A stretch of DNA of 64,000 nt. Source: Macrostomum lignano. Taxonomy: Eukaryota. The DNA lies in the NCBI GenBank assembly GCA_002269645.1, contig NIVC01001709.1, positions 1-64,000 of the forward strand, given 5' to 3'. Made by a program: the position numbers and the translations under genes. The notes under the pieces were generated by a model. That model was given only the letters and a program-made list of their open reading frames with translations, was not told where the DNA came from and made no database searches. Every line of letters begins with the position of its first letter. The first letter of the stretch is position 1. This document shows, in pieces, positions 15,449-26,987 of the stretch.

Positions 15449-18221
15449 ATGGAGTTTCTGCAGGACGGAAGCACCTGGGTAAAATTGTTGTTCTGTTAAT
15501 TCTGCATCTTGTCTATCAGTAAATAATTGAGACTGCCTTGCCATTTGCCTTGCTGTCGACGAATTTATGAATTTTAATTCGAATTTTTCAATTCAATTTC
15601 TGGCGGCGCTGCCGATAGCGCCCTCGCCAGTCCCCGGAGGCCGCCGCGCCAGCTGGCTGGGAGACCGGCAGCCCCAACGCCACTCTCGCGGCTGCGCAGC
15701 TCGCCACGGCCATCCAGTCGGCCATCTGCCGGTTTGCCTAACCGCCGCTAATCCTGCTTGGCGTCCTCTGCAACCTCGGCGCCCTGGCCGCCTTCCAGCA
15801 GCGCCGCCTGCGCCGCAGCCCCGTGTCGCTGGGCCTGTCGGCCCTGGCCGGCCTCGACACGTTCATGCTGCTGCTGAGCGCCGGCAGGTTCTGGAGCGGC
15901 CACCAGCTCGGCTTCAACTGGCAGCTGCGGAACCAGCCGGCCTGCCGGCTGAGCCTGTTCGCCGAGTACTGGGCTGCCGACTGCTCGGTGTGGACTCTGC
16001 TGCTCGTCACCGGCCAGCGCTGGGCCGCCACGCGGCTGCCGCTGCGCGCCGCCAAGCTGTGCAGCCGCAGGCGCACCGTGCAGCTCCTGGCCGCCGCCGC
16101 GCTCGCCTGCTCCGTCAAAAATGCGCCGCTGCTGGCCTGGGCACGAATCCGCGACCACCCGTTGTCAGGCCCGCGCTGCTTGATCGCCCACGACCGCCGG
16201 CTGTGGCTCGCCTTCGCGTGGACTGACGCCGCCTTTCGCTTCCTGCTGCCCTGGCCGCTGCTGGCGCTGCTCAACCTCAGCATCTGGCGCGGGGTGCGCG
16301 CCGCTGGGCGGTTTCGGCGCCAAGCTGGCGTCGATCAGTCTTTCAGATCGGCTGCCGGTGAGCCATCGATTTACGTATAGATAGACAGATACGCATATAT
16401 ATAGTAATTACCTACTTCAGAAGTAGAAACAATTCATTTTTTAGTATAGTGGACTAGCTATCTGCGCCCCCCCGTTAGGGAGGCAAGACAAAAAGAGAAA
16501 AATGATTGAAAAAACTACATGTAGCTTTTGAGCGTAAGAGAAATGATGTTTGAAGCAACAAACATCAGCCCTGAAAACCAGCCATCTAGTTTAAGATATC
16601 AGATGGAACCCTCATGAGCCACAGCATTTCAGCAAAACCCCAAAGAGTCTTGACATCTCAGAATTTTTTTAACATGAACATTGACAAATCAGCAATCCCC
16701 CATGATTTAAATGGGGTTTTAATGTTAGTTTTTAGTTAAAGGCAGGGGACTTCAAGCGACATTGTCGCACAACCGGCGAGAGGCATTACTGCCCATTCTG
16801 CCGACTCCCCTGAGCAGGCATACAAGCGCGCGGATACGTACGCAGTCATCCGCACAGGCACACACACAGGAGTGTACAGCGGCCCTAACTTTATTTATCG
16901 TTAGACATGTACACTTCACTGTGCTTTGGGGGTTGGCCCTTAAGGGCCTTAATTGCACGAGCAGAGCCAAGCCGAGATTCCAATTTAGCCCCAAATTAAT
17001 TTTACTGCAGTTGGAATCGAGCCTGGGCCGCTATCCCATCAGAGCACCGCACTGGACCGACGGGCTACGGCCCCTGAGTTTTACCATAGACAAACTGGGT
17101 CAAGAAAACCCGTCTTGAAAAGACGTCAGGCATCCACAGAAACTATTTCGCTTAGTATATTCATCATGTCAATTTTACTTGGCGCGTACATGCAAAGAAG
17201 CACCATTGCACCCGCTGACACCCGATATGGCACCCGCTGAAATCCGATATGACACTCACTGACACCCGATATGACACTCACTGACACCCGATATGACACT
17301 CACTGACACCCGATATGGCACTCACTGACACCCGATATGGCACTCACTGACACCCGATATGGCACTCACTGACACCCGATATGGCACTCACTGACACCCG
17401 ATATTGCACCCGCTGACAACAATTTTGACACCCGCTGACATTCTATTTGACACCCGCTGACATTCTATTTGACACCCGCTGACATTCTATTTGACACCCG
17501 CTGACATTCTATTTGACACCCGCTGACATTCTATTTGACACCCGCTGACATTCTATTTGACACCCGCTGACATTCTATTTGACACCCGCTGACATTCTAT
17601 TTGACACCCGCTGACGCCCTTTTGACACCCGCTGACATTCTATTTGACACCCGCTGACGCCCTTTTGACACCCGCTGACATTCTATTTGACACCCGCTGA
17701 CATTCTATTTGACACCCGCTGACGCCCTTTTGACACCCGCTGACATTCTATTTGACACCCGCTGACGCCCTTTTGATACCCGCTGACATTCTATTTGACA
17801 CCCGCTTACACCCGACACGACTCCAAACCCCAATCAAACTCGAAGGTTCAACGGCCACCGCCGCAGACCCGACGCTGCCACTGCAGAAGCGGCAGCCGCC
17901 GAACTCCTCGCCAAGTCGAGACGGCCGGCGGATGCTGACCCTGCTGGTTGGCGTCAACCTGCTGTTCCTCATCTGCCAGATCCCCTTCTGCGCCTTCTCC
18001 CTGGCCGACTCCGCTCTCGGCCTCTACAGCGGCCTGTCCGAGAGTCCCGATGCCCAGGCCTACATCGCCCTGGCCACCAGCTTCCAGCTGAGCCTCACCC
18101 TGGTGTACGTGTCACACGCCGCCAACTTCTTCCTGTACTTCCTGTCGGCCGCCTGTTTCGCCGAGCTCTACAGCGAATGCTTCGCCGGCGACGCGTGTGC
18201 CGATGCTGCTACTGTCAGTAG
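15449..18221 (+). CDS. Rhodopsin-family (class A) peptide-type GPCR with an in-frame TAA at 15739 and a probable 1-bp deletion near 18156
   Basis: Putative exons 15449-15478, 15631-16357 and ~17867-18221. Seven hydrophobic segments: GVLCN (TM1), LAGLD (TM2), Cys then DCSVWTLLLVTGQRW (TM3), FLLPW (TM5), LICQIP (TM6), AANFFLY (TM7). The first mini-exon is speculative. Confidence 0.8.
17205..17815. repeat. 20-21-bp minisatellite (GACACCCGCTGACATTCTATT) in the GPCR intron
   Basis: Direct. Confidence 0.93.
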
Positions 18222-18478
18222 CGAGATAGCGACTTGAGTTGAGAACGGCGTGTGCCGATGCTGCTACTGTCAGTAGCGAGATAGCGACTTGAGTTGAGAA
18301 CGGCGTGTGCCGATGCTGCTACTGTCAGTAGCGAGATAGCGACTTGAGTTGAGAATGGTGTGTGCTGATGCTGCTACTGTCAGTAGCGAGATAGCGACTT
18401 GAGTTGAGAATGGTGTGTGCTGATGCTGCTACTGTCAGTAGCGAGATAACGACCGCGACCTGAATTGAGAACGGCGTG
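18193..18478 (+). repeat. 55-bp unit x5 spanning the GPCR stop region
   Basis: Units start at 18193, 18248, 18303, 18358 and 18413. Confidence 0.92.
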
Positions 18479-19199
18479 CGCATGTCATCCTGATTGAAGT
18501 TTTCATGGAAGGCACGAATCTTCTCAAAGCTATAGATGCACAAAATATATGCAAAATCCTGCTAAAGTTGCATATTTACGAGTAACTTCAGGATGCTTCC
18601 TGACAATTTGTCATTATGCAAGCTTACTGAAATTACACTCGTGAAAAAAACTTTGAATCTTGCTAGCAATTGGGACAGAATTAAAATGCATTTCTATTCT
18701 ACGAGTAGCAATTGACAAGGATGAACAAATAATTCCTGGTACGACTTGAAGTTGATTTGACTAAATGGCTTCTCACGGGAGCAGAGCAATTCAGCGGCTA
18801 TCATGTCTGTGTGGGAAGCTGTTTGCAATTAGCTGGCGATTGCATGTTGCTAAATTGAAGAAAAACTTGAAAAAAATTTAATGGCTCGATTCGATGCTTT
18901 CAGCACTGGAAAAGAAAGCAGGTGGCTGCAGTTCCATGCGAAATAGAATCTTGTCTCTAAATTTTCGCGCAGTCGTCATGATTCTCAGGGTCCTCATTAG
19001 CAGGATCCCGCGCATCTTCCTAGTTGGCGCGAAAAACACAGCGTAAATTCATTGGCTCTTGTGGCCCTGATGGGCAGATGTGCAACCGCCAGCTCAGCCG
19101 CAGACAGACAAGCAGAGACAGGCAGACGGAGACAGACAGGCGGAGACATGCTTGAAAGTCAGCATGAGCCTCTTAACATCCGATCGAAAGTACATTTGA

Positions 19200-19455
19200 A
19201 ATTTTTTATAACAATAATAATAATAGTAATAATAATTATCCATTTTATAATTGATTACACCTGTCCTAATGGCCAGATGTGCAACCGCCAGCTCAGCTAT
19301 TGCGAGGCGCATCTGAAAGCTGCGTACGCCTGTTCAGTCCAAGGACTGGGGGTTGCCACACACTCTCCATTACCCCGGCTAATGATGGCACCCATTTTAC
19401 AGCTGAGTGAACTGAAGCAATGCAGAGTTAAGTGTCTTGCTCAAGGACACAAAGG
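19200..19455 (-). mobile_element. SINE body fragment (same family as 50600-50940 and 24751-24917)
   Basis: Shared sequence GATGTGCAACCG.CAGCTCAGC...CCCATTTTACAGC...AAGTGTCTTGCTCAAGGACACAA. Confidence 0.7.
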
Positions 19456-20244
19456 CCAGACTCTTACAGAATTCACCACGCCATTTTGTGTAGGACCTGG
19501 GGTCCTGGGGCCAACAGCCCCGATTCTTAACCCCAAAAATAGCTGGACCTCACCGGAAAAGTACCTAGTGACTTCGGACTTGCGCTCACCACTTGAAGAC
19601 TTAATGAGTATTAAACTCTCAATTCATAGGAAAATAACTGCAGGCCAAGCATTATACAAGCAACAAGGACAAAAGCCAGCCTTTCTTGATTTTGCTTCTT
19701 CTTTTAAGTGAAAAGCTTTCTTTGACTATACTTTTCACACTGGACAATTTTGTCAAACAGTTCCTCTTCTTTTTAAACCAAAACTGACGGTGCCACTAAA
19801 AGCCACTGCGATGGATTCAGCTGGTGAAATCGCAGCACTTTGCTCCCTTCGCCACTTGCACCTGTGGAAACAATAACAGATAGCATCCAACTGAGAAAGA
19901 AACTGCTCTCTCTTCACTGAGAAAAATTCTCTGGATTTCATAGAAATAGAATTCCATACTAGAAAAACAGTTTACGGTTTCTCCAAGACCGTGTCTAAAG
20001 AATTGAGTGCAAGCAGGCTTACGTTGTCCCTGGATACAGTGCAGCAACACTAAGAAATGCCTTCCTATTTGACCGGCCGAGTTCTCTGTTCTGTCTTCTG
20101 GAAAGGAAAAAAGAATTTCACACCATGATGGGGAGGACGCTAAGCATAAAACACCTACCGCTCCCATGCTCACGTAGAAAAAAGTGTTTGAAACTCCGGA
20201 TTGTAGGATACTGCAGCAGCAAGTATCCTGAATCTGCGCCAGAG

Positions 20245-21223
20245 ATGCAAATCCATGCTTTTCTGTGCCTGTTGCTGGGCATTTTCCCTGCAGTCGAAGG
20301 CGGAAACATTTCGCAGTGGATTCGAGTTCGAGACGACCTGCTCGGCGAGTACACCGAAATCGGAGCCGTGGCTGCCTCAAATGCCGTCGCGTGCTGCTCG
20401 AGCGGAATGACGGCTGCACACGCGGTGCAGTTCGATGAGGCTCAGAGACTGTGCCGACTGTTCGCGTGTCGCGGAGGCTGGCGCGGATGCAGGAAGTGCA
20501 GAAATGCTGCGAACTCCAGCCTGCCGTATGTCTGGGTGAGCTGATTAGTTCTAGTCTCCATGATTTTGTTGAAGCCGTCTCAGCTTCTACTGGATACGGG
20601 AACTGCTCACATTTCAGGTTCGAAAGCTGGGAGACGATCGCTCGTGCTGGCGGACATTCCAGCACCGAGTGGACGCCTCCGTCAATTTCAACGAAAGCTG
20701 GGCCAAATACGCGAGCGGCTTCGGACAGGGCGAGAACGCGAACTTCTGGATCGGACTGGACAATCTGCACCTGCTAACGAGAGACGCCGCTCTCCCTGTT
20801 CGATGGGAGTTTAGCGACTGGAACGGAACTCTGAACTGGATGGAGAACGCCTTCTTTCAAGTCGAAAGCGCGACTACAAAGTACAGAGTGAGCGTCGGAG
20901 AGCAGCTGATGGACAGGTCGACTGTGAAGCAGTGCTCCACCAGTAGCTACTCGGACATGAACGGCATGAAGTTCTCGACTTGGGATCAGGACAACGATGA
21001 CTATTCATCGGGAAGCTGCGCTACCAACTATGGTGGAGGCTGGTGGATGCAGGCCTGCTGCTGCTTGTTCCCGAACGGTCCGTACGTCGGCCCGCCTGCC
21101 GCGCTAAATCTCCCGAAATACTCTCGTGGAATCTGCGTGAAGAACAGAGACGCCAATTACCCGTGGAACAAAGAGTACTCGATGAAGACGTTTGAAAGCC
21201 TGCTGATGGTTGGCATGGACTGA
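20245..21223 (+). CDS. Secreted fibrinogen-related protein, copy A: signal peptide + Cys-rich PAN/apple-like domain + fibrinogen C-terminal domain
   Basis: Exon 1 20245-20535 (MQIHAFLCLLLGIFPAVEG...), 82-nt GT-AG intron, exon 2 20618-21223 (FQHRVDASVNFNESWAKYASGFG, FWIGLDNLHLLT, KFSTWDQDND, GGGWW). The frame is intact. Confidence 0.9.
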
Positions 21224-21496
21224 GAGCTGGAAAGGAATAAAAAGTTTGTATGTTAACAATAAAATCACAAGTGAAAGTCGGACTTCAGTAAGAACAGGAA
21301 GAAATCACCGATCGCATGCTCTAATTGTGATGCACTGCGCTGCTTTTCTCGAGTCTAAGGAAGACAACTAATTATGAAATATACTTATAAAAGTAAACTT
21401 GCATCCCTCTTGTGCGATGTGAGACAAGTTGTTAAGTTCTGGCATCAAAATAACTCGACTCAAACTTCAATATTTATTTATCGAAATTCTGTAATA

Positions 21497-22040
21497 TCGT
21501 TACCGAGACTTCGGTAACAGACACTTCGGTAACAGACACTTCGGTAACAGACACTTCGGTAACAGACACTTCGGTAACAGACACTTCGGTAACAGACACT
21601 TCGGTAACAGACACTTCGGTAACAGACACTTCGGTAACAGACACTTCGGTAACAGACACTTCGGTAACAGACACTTCGGTAACAGACACTTCGGTAACAG
21701 ACACTTCGGTAACAGACACTTCGGTAACAGACACTTCGGTAACAGACACTTCGGTAACAGACACTTCGGTAACAGACACTTCGGTAACAGACACTTCGGT
21801 AACAGACACTTCGGTAACAGACACTTCGGTAACAGACACTTCGGTAACAGACACTTCGGTAACAGACACTTCGGTAACAGACACTTCGGTAACAGACACT
21901 TCGGTAACAGACACTTCGGTAACAGACACTTCGGTAACAGACACTTCGGTAACAGACACTTCGGTAACAAACGTTTCGGTAACAGACACTTCAGTAACAG
22001 ACACTTTTGTAACAGACACTTCGGTAACAGACACTTCGGT
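21497..22040. repeat. Near-perfect 15-bp minisatellite (ACTTCGGTAACAGAC), ~36 copies
   Basis: Direct. Confidence 0.97.
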
Positions 22041-22746
22041 CAGCCTAAATAGTCATGGTGGCTTCGAGCACAGCAGCAATTTAATGAGACAGTTGGTTCG
22101 CAGCCAGCGAGGTGTCAAACGGCCATTCCGCCGAACCTGAGCACGCACGCAGACACACGCTCACGCAGGGTGTACAGCGGTCCCCGAAACTTTTTCATAG
22201 TCTGTCACATGCAGATGCGAAATATCTAATGACTATAATCGCAAACACCAGGGGCGAAATACCGCTCTAAAGTATTTTTAAAAGTAGCCGGTCGCAAATG
22301 CTCAAATTTTGAACTATTAGCTTGCTTTCAGTTGGTTTCGCATTAAGCACGGTTGAAATATGAATCATCTCCTCAGTTCCCTTTGCTCCGTCGGCCCCGC
22401 AGTTGGCCCCTTATAGCTCTCATTTCTACAGATGAACAACCAATGCACTCGTTCGTTGGAGGAGCCACGGAGCAAAAAAATAGAAAATAGTTGAGTCCTG
22501 ACTCCGACCAAATGATACTGATAAATAAATCTATTTTTAATCAGTGCTCAAGTGACTCAAGTGAACCAACTTGACACCCTCAGGCAAAATTATTTCTTGC
22601 AATGAGCTGATTAAGGACTTGATATGCATCCCTTTGGATGAAATACAGATGGATACTTCTGCACTGGGGCGTACAGTGCAGCATAAAAGCCTATTCTACA
22701 ATGCTTTTATATCACTGAATTTGCTATTTGCAATTTTGATAGCAAA

Positions 22747-22955
22747 ATGCAGCTCACTGTGATTCTAAGCCCGTCGCTGGGAATTTTCGCTGCAGTCGAA
22801 GGCGGAAACACTTCGCAGTGGATTCGGGTTCGAGACGACCTGCACGGCGAGTACACCGAAATCGGAGCCGTGGCTGCCGCAAATTCCATCGCGTGCTGCT
22901 CGAGCGGAATGACGGCTGCACACGCGGTGCAGTTCGATGAGGCTCAGAGACTGTG
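22747..22955 (+). pseudogene. Truncated FReD-paralog exon 1 (signal peptide + PAN-like part), cut off by a (TAA)n tract
   Basis: GIFAAVEGGNTSQWIRVRDDLHGEYTEIG...FDEAQRLC is nearly identical to copies A and B; no exon 2 follows. Confidence 0.85.
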
Positions 22956-24404
22956 CATTATAGTGAATTAATGATATTATTAATAATGACAATAATAATA
23001 ATAGTAATAATATTAATAATGATAAATGGAGTAGACTTCTGTGCACCCTGGCGCAACGCCTTCAGCGAGATCGTCCCACAACCAGCACTGATGCAATTCG
23101 GCCCTTTCCTGAGCACAGACAAGCGCGCCAATTCTCGACTACGACTTCAAAAAGTCGACTACGGCTTCGTATGACTTTTACTCTCACCGACTTGATGCAA
23201 GTGTTGAGTTATTAGTGCTACCTACAATTCATGTCATCGATTCGATGAGAAGTAGCCTAGATTGAACAGACTGAAATGCTAATGCAGAGACCTAGGTTCG
23301 AATTTTGAGGTTGTGTGACAATGTCGCTTGGAGTGCGCCAGGGTGCACAAGGATCTTCAGACTGGATCTTTAAAACTGTTTAGATATTATATTAGAGACA
23401 AAAGCAACTTTCTTGGTAGCTCAAATCAGCTTCATAGAGCATAGCTTTTTTAAATACAATACCCAGAAGGTACAGTTCATATTTTCTGCATTGAAAAACA
23501 TTTGAAAAGTTCGTGTATGTTAAATTATGCAAACTTAAATAAGCCTAAATATGAATATGATCAGTAGGAGCCTCGCATGCTGCAGTTGACACCCTTGCAG
23601 CTTTATCAACTGTAGAAAAAAATTGTGCAAATTACTGCCAGATTCATTTGTTCTCGGTCCAAACCCAGGTTAGGTTTCATTATTTAAACGAATTTTGTGA
23701 GGCTCGAATAATAAATCAACATGTAGATGTCACTTTATTCGCGAGAGCTTGCATCTGGCGTTGGGTTGATGCGAAATTCAAGCATTTAGCCTGGCAACTG
23801 CAAGCTTTGAAAATCGTTGAAATTAGTCTGGTAAATCGTTAACCCAATTCGGACAATTAATTATTCACTCGTCAGCCTTCAGTATGAGCGCTTGATATTC
23901 TGATAAGCTCTCCGATATTTCGTATATTCCTGCTGACTGAGTCGACGTCTTCACTAGTCACGCAGATTCGGTTGTCTGAATGGCACTCGAACCCTGCGAA
24001 ATTCTGTGGCTCATGGGGGGCTTTAGCACCGCGATTTCTCAGTCGATGACATATGACATATCTCATTGTCATAAGCCGACAAGTTCAAAGCCTACCGGGT
24101 CAGTTTGGCTGAAACCGTCGTTAGAAGATTTTTACTTGGATTCAGAATGTACTTTTAAGGCCCATTATCAGTCTGGAGAGTGAATTGATTAATTGATAAT
24201 TGAAAATTGATAATTGATTAGTCAAATGAGAAACACACATGCTCGATTTCGAATACACTTTCACTGACTGAGTATTCGATTTGCACTGCAACTTGACAGT
24301 AAGCAAAGGCTTAGACTGCTGGCGCCCCTGCGGGTTTGTGTTTTTACTTTACCTGTATGCTCAGGTCCGTGTTTGATATCCAGGTGTCACTCTCAATTTT
24401 TCAA

Positions 24405-24745
24405 CGCGAGATGGAGATGGAGATGAAGATAGATGATATGGAGATGGAGATGGAGATGGAGATGGAGATGGAGATGGAGATGGAGATGGAGATGGAGATG
24501 GAGATGGAGATGGAGATGGAGATGGAGATGGAGATGGAGATGGAGATGGAGATAGAGTGGATATGGAGATAAAGATGGAGATGAAGATAGAGTGGATATG
24601 GAGATGGAGATGGAGATGGAGATGGAGATGGAGATGGAGATAGAGTGGAGATGGAGATGGAGATGGAGATGGAGATGGAGATGGAGATGAAGATGGAGAT
24701 GGAGATGGAGATGGAGATGAAGATGGAGATGGAGATGGAGATGGA
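24405..24745. repeat. (GATGGA)n hexamer microsatellite
   Basis: Direct. Confidence 0.96.
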
Positions 24746-25044
24746 GAGCCCCAATGGCCCAGTTGTGCAACCGACAGCTCAGCCGCAGCTATTGCGCGGC
24801 GCATCTGAAGGCTGCGTACGGCTGTTCAGTCCACGGACTGGTAGGGGGGGTCGCCACACACAGCCTCAATTACCCCAGCTAATGCTGGCACCCATTTTAC
24901 AGCTGGGTGAACTGAGCGTCCTGGACATGTATATAACCGAATGGCCCGACTGGACCAGCACAGCAACCAGAGATCTCTCACTAGGATCTGCCCTAAGACA
25001 GACTGGGAGCAGACAAAACGGCTTGATGGATTTGAAGCAGCAAA

Positions 25045-25375
25045 CGCTTATCTACACTTTGCTTCATCGATCTTGACATTTGCAGTCCTCAGCTTCCAGA
25101 GCACCTGCGCTCTGATTTTCTGCCGCTCAGCCCGGGTCACTGCACCGATCAGCACATCACTCTGGGGTAGACTCTCACGCATGGGGTGATCTCCAATGAG
25201 CTTCTCCATCTCGCGTTGAAAAAATGAGGGTGACACGCGGATACCATAAGGCAGCCGATTGAACCGCTAGCAGCCAAACGGAGTGCTTATCGTTGTCACA
25301 GCCTTGAACTCTTCATTCAAAGGAATCCAGGTAGTACGCATCCGACAGGTCTAGCCGGCAGAATAGCTTTTTGTT
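25045..25375 (-). mobile_element. Degenerate Ty3/gypsy reverse transcriptase fragment
   Basis: Across frameshifts the minus strand reads KLFCRLDLSDAYY..IPLNEEFKAVTTISTPFG.RFNRLPYGIRVSPSFFQREME...DVLIG...VLWKLRTANVKIDEAKC. Confidence 0.75.
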
Positions 25376-25726
25376 AGCCAAAAACAGTAACACAAACCTG
25401 AGCATAAACTGAAAACTTAAACCCAACAGGGGCGCCAGCAGTCTAACTAAGCCTTTGCTTTCTTTCAAGTTGCAGTGCTAGTCGAATACTCAGTCAGTGA
25501 AAGTGTATTTGAGATCGAGTATGCGTGTTGCTCGGTTGGCTCAGCTAAACAGTTCTTGACAGTCACATGTACGTTGCTATAAAAGGAAATTTGCTATTTA
25601 AAACGAAATTTACTCGTATCTCCGCTGCGTACTGTGCTACTAACAGTAGAAGCTGATTTGAAGTGAATATCCCTTTCTTTGCTCTTTTTCTTGCTTTCGT
25701 TAAAGTATAGCAGCAAGCCGGTCCAC

Positions 25727-26987
25727 TTAGCCGCGGACAATGACCTCCTCATTGGTGGTTCCGGGCGCGGCTACCGAGAGCTCCGTTGATGCAATCAGAC
25801 GGCAGAGCTGCAGCTTTCGGGAGAATTTCATAGCCCGCCAGCTGACGGATGCCTGGCATTCGGTGGCGCACTCGACCAGGCTGCGAGCGATGGACGATCG
25901 CTCAGGTGAGATGGAGACGGCGGTGCGGCCAGCTGCCATCTCGAAGTACTGGCTTCCACCTGGGAACATCAGCAGTTGGCTTTTGTGTCAACGATGGCAT
26001 CATCAAAACAAAGATTGGCGTCACATGACACCACAGACTAGCTCATAGCGCCTCATCTGACACCCTAGATTGGCGCCTCATCTGACAGCCTCGATTGGCG
26101 CCCCCTCTGACAGTCTTGATTGGCGCCACATGACACCAGAATAGCTCATAGCGCCTCATCTGACACCCTAGATTGGCGCCTCATCTGACAGCCTTGATTG
26201 GCGCCCCCTCTGACAGCCTTGATTGGCGCCTCCTTTGACAGTCTTGATTGGCGCCTCATCTGACAGCCTCGATTGGCGCCCCCTCTGACAGCCTTGATTG
26301 GCGCCTCATCTGACAGCCTCGATTAGCGCCTCTCTGACAGCCTTGATTGGCGCCTCATTTGACAGCCTTGATTGGCGCCTCATTTGACAGCCTCGATTGG
26401 CGCCCCCTCTGACAGCCTTGATTGGCGCCCTATCTGACAGCCTCGATTAGCGCCTCTCTGACAGCCTTGATTGGCGCCCCCTCTGACAGCCTTGATTGGC
26501 GCCACATCTGACAGCCTTGATTGGCGCCCTATCTGACACCCACCTAAAACCCTGGCTCACAGACCCGCTTTTTGACACCCATGGTTCCGATTACTTGCCG
26601 TTATAGACCAGCCTGAAGACCGAGTTTCGGTAGCCTCCACCGCATTTCTGAACAAGCCGAGCCGCATTCAATCTCCTGTCTCCGGCCGAATCTGCCGTAG
26701 GAGTTGCTGCAGAAGCACTCGTTGCCAATTTGCAGTGCAAAGTACAGAAGGTCCAGCGCTGAGCAAATGTCACTGCAGAACTCGTGAGTCATGCTAGAGT
26801 TTAGTAGGAAAGAATTTTTCACCAAGTGCCCCTGGACGGAGCTCTGGCCAGCGACTCCCGCCAGGTCCCGGTCAGCGGTGTCGATGAAGTACCCGATGTA
26901 GCTGAAGCTGACCATTTTTTCTCCAATCGAGCTCTGCTGCCACAGAAGCAGAAGAAGCAACACGAAGCTGAGGCAATGTCTGGGCAT
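25727..26987 (-). CDS. Secreted WSC + PAN/apple-like protein, 2 exons joined by a predicted GC-AG intron, frameshift near 26650
   Basis: Exon 26987-26599: signal peptide MPRHCLSFVLLLLLLW, then WSC motifs MTHEFCSDIC, YFALQIGNECFCSNSYGRFG and CGGGYRNSVF. Donor G|GCAAGT, acceptor TTCCCAG|. Exon 25959-25727: SLVECATECQ...RAMKFS..LQLCRL. Confidence 0.7.
26020..26560. repeat. ~21-25-bp minisatellite (GATTGGCGCC...CTGACAGCCTT) in the WSC-PAN intron
   Basis: Direct. Confidence 0.9.

Larger units (their letters stand above)
24219..25543. mobile_element. Foldback-like element with ~155-bp imperfect inverted termini
   Basis: 24219-24375 is the reverse complement of 25385-25543 (e.g. GCAAAGGCTTAGACTGCTGGCGCCCCTG versus CAGGGGCGCCAGCAGTCTAACTAAGCCTTTGC). 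Confidence 0.7.

Noticed and set aside
21474-22034. VTEVS mucin-like ORF or CRISPR-like array
   Set aside because: A spacerless 15-bp minisatellite in eukaryotic DNA, with no start context or signal peptide.
23040-23349. 16-bp inverted repeat (TGTGCACCCTGGCGCA) with an internal B-box-like motif
   Set aside because: No TSD and no second copy in the window, so a MITE call cannot be supported.
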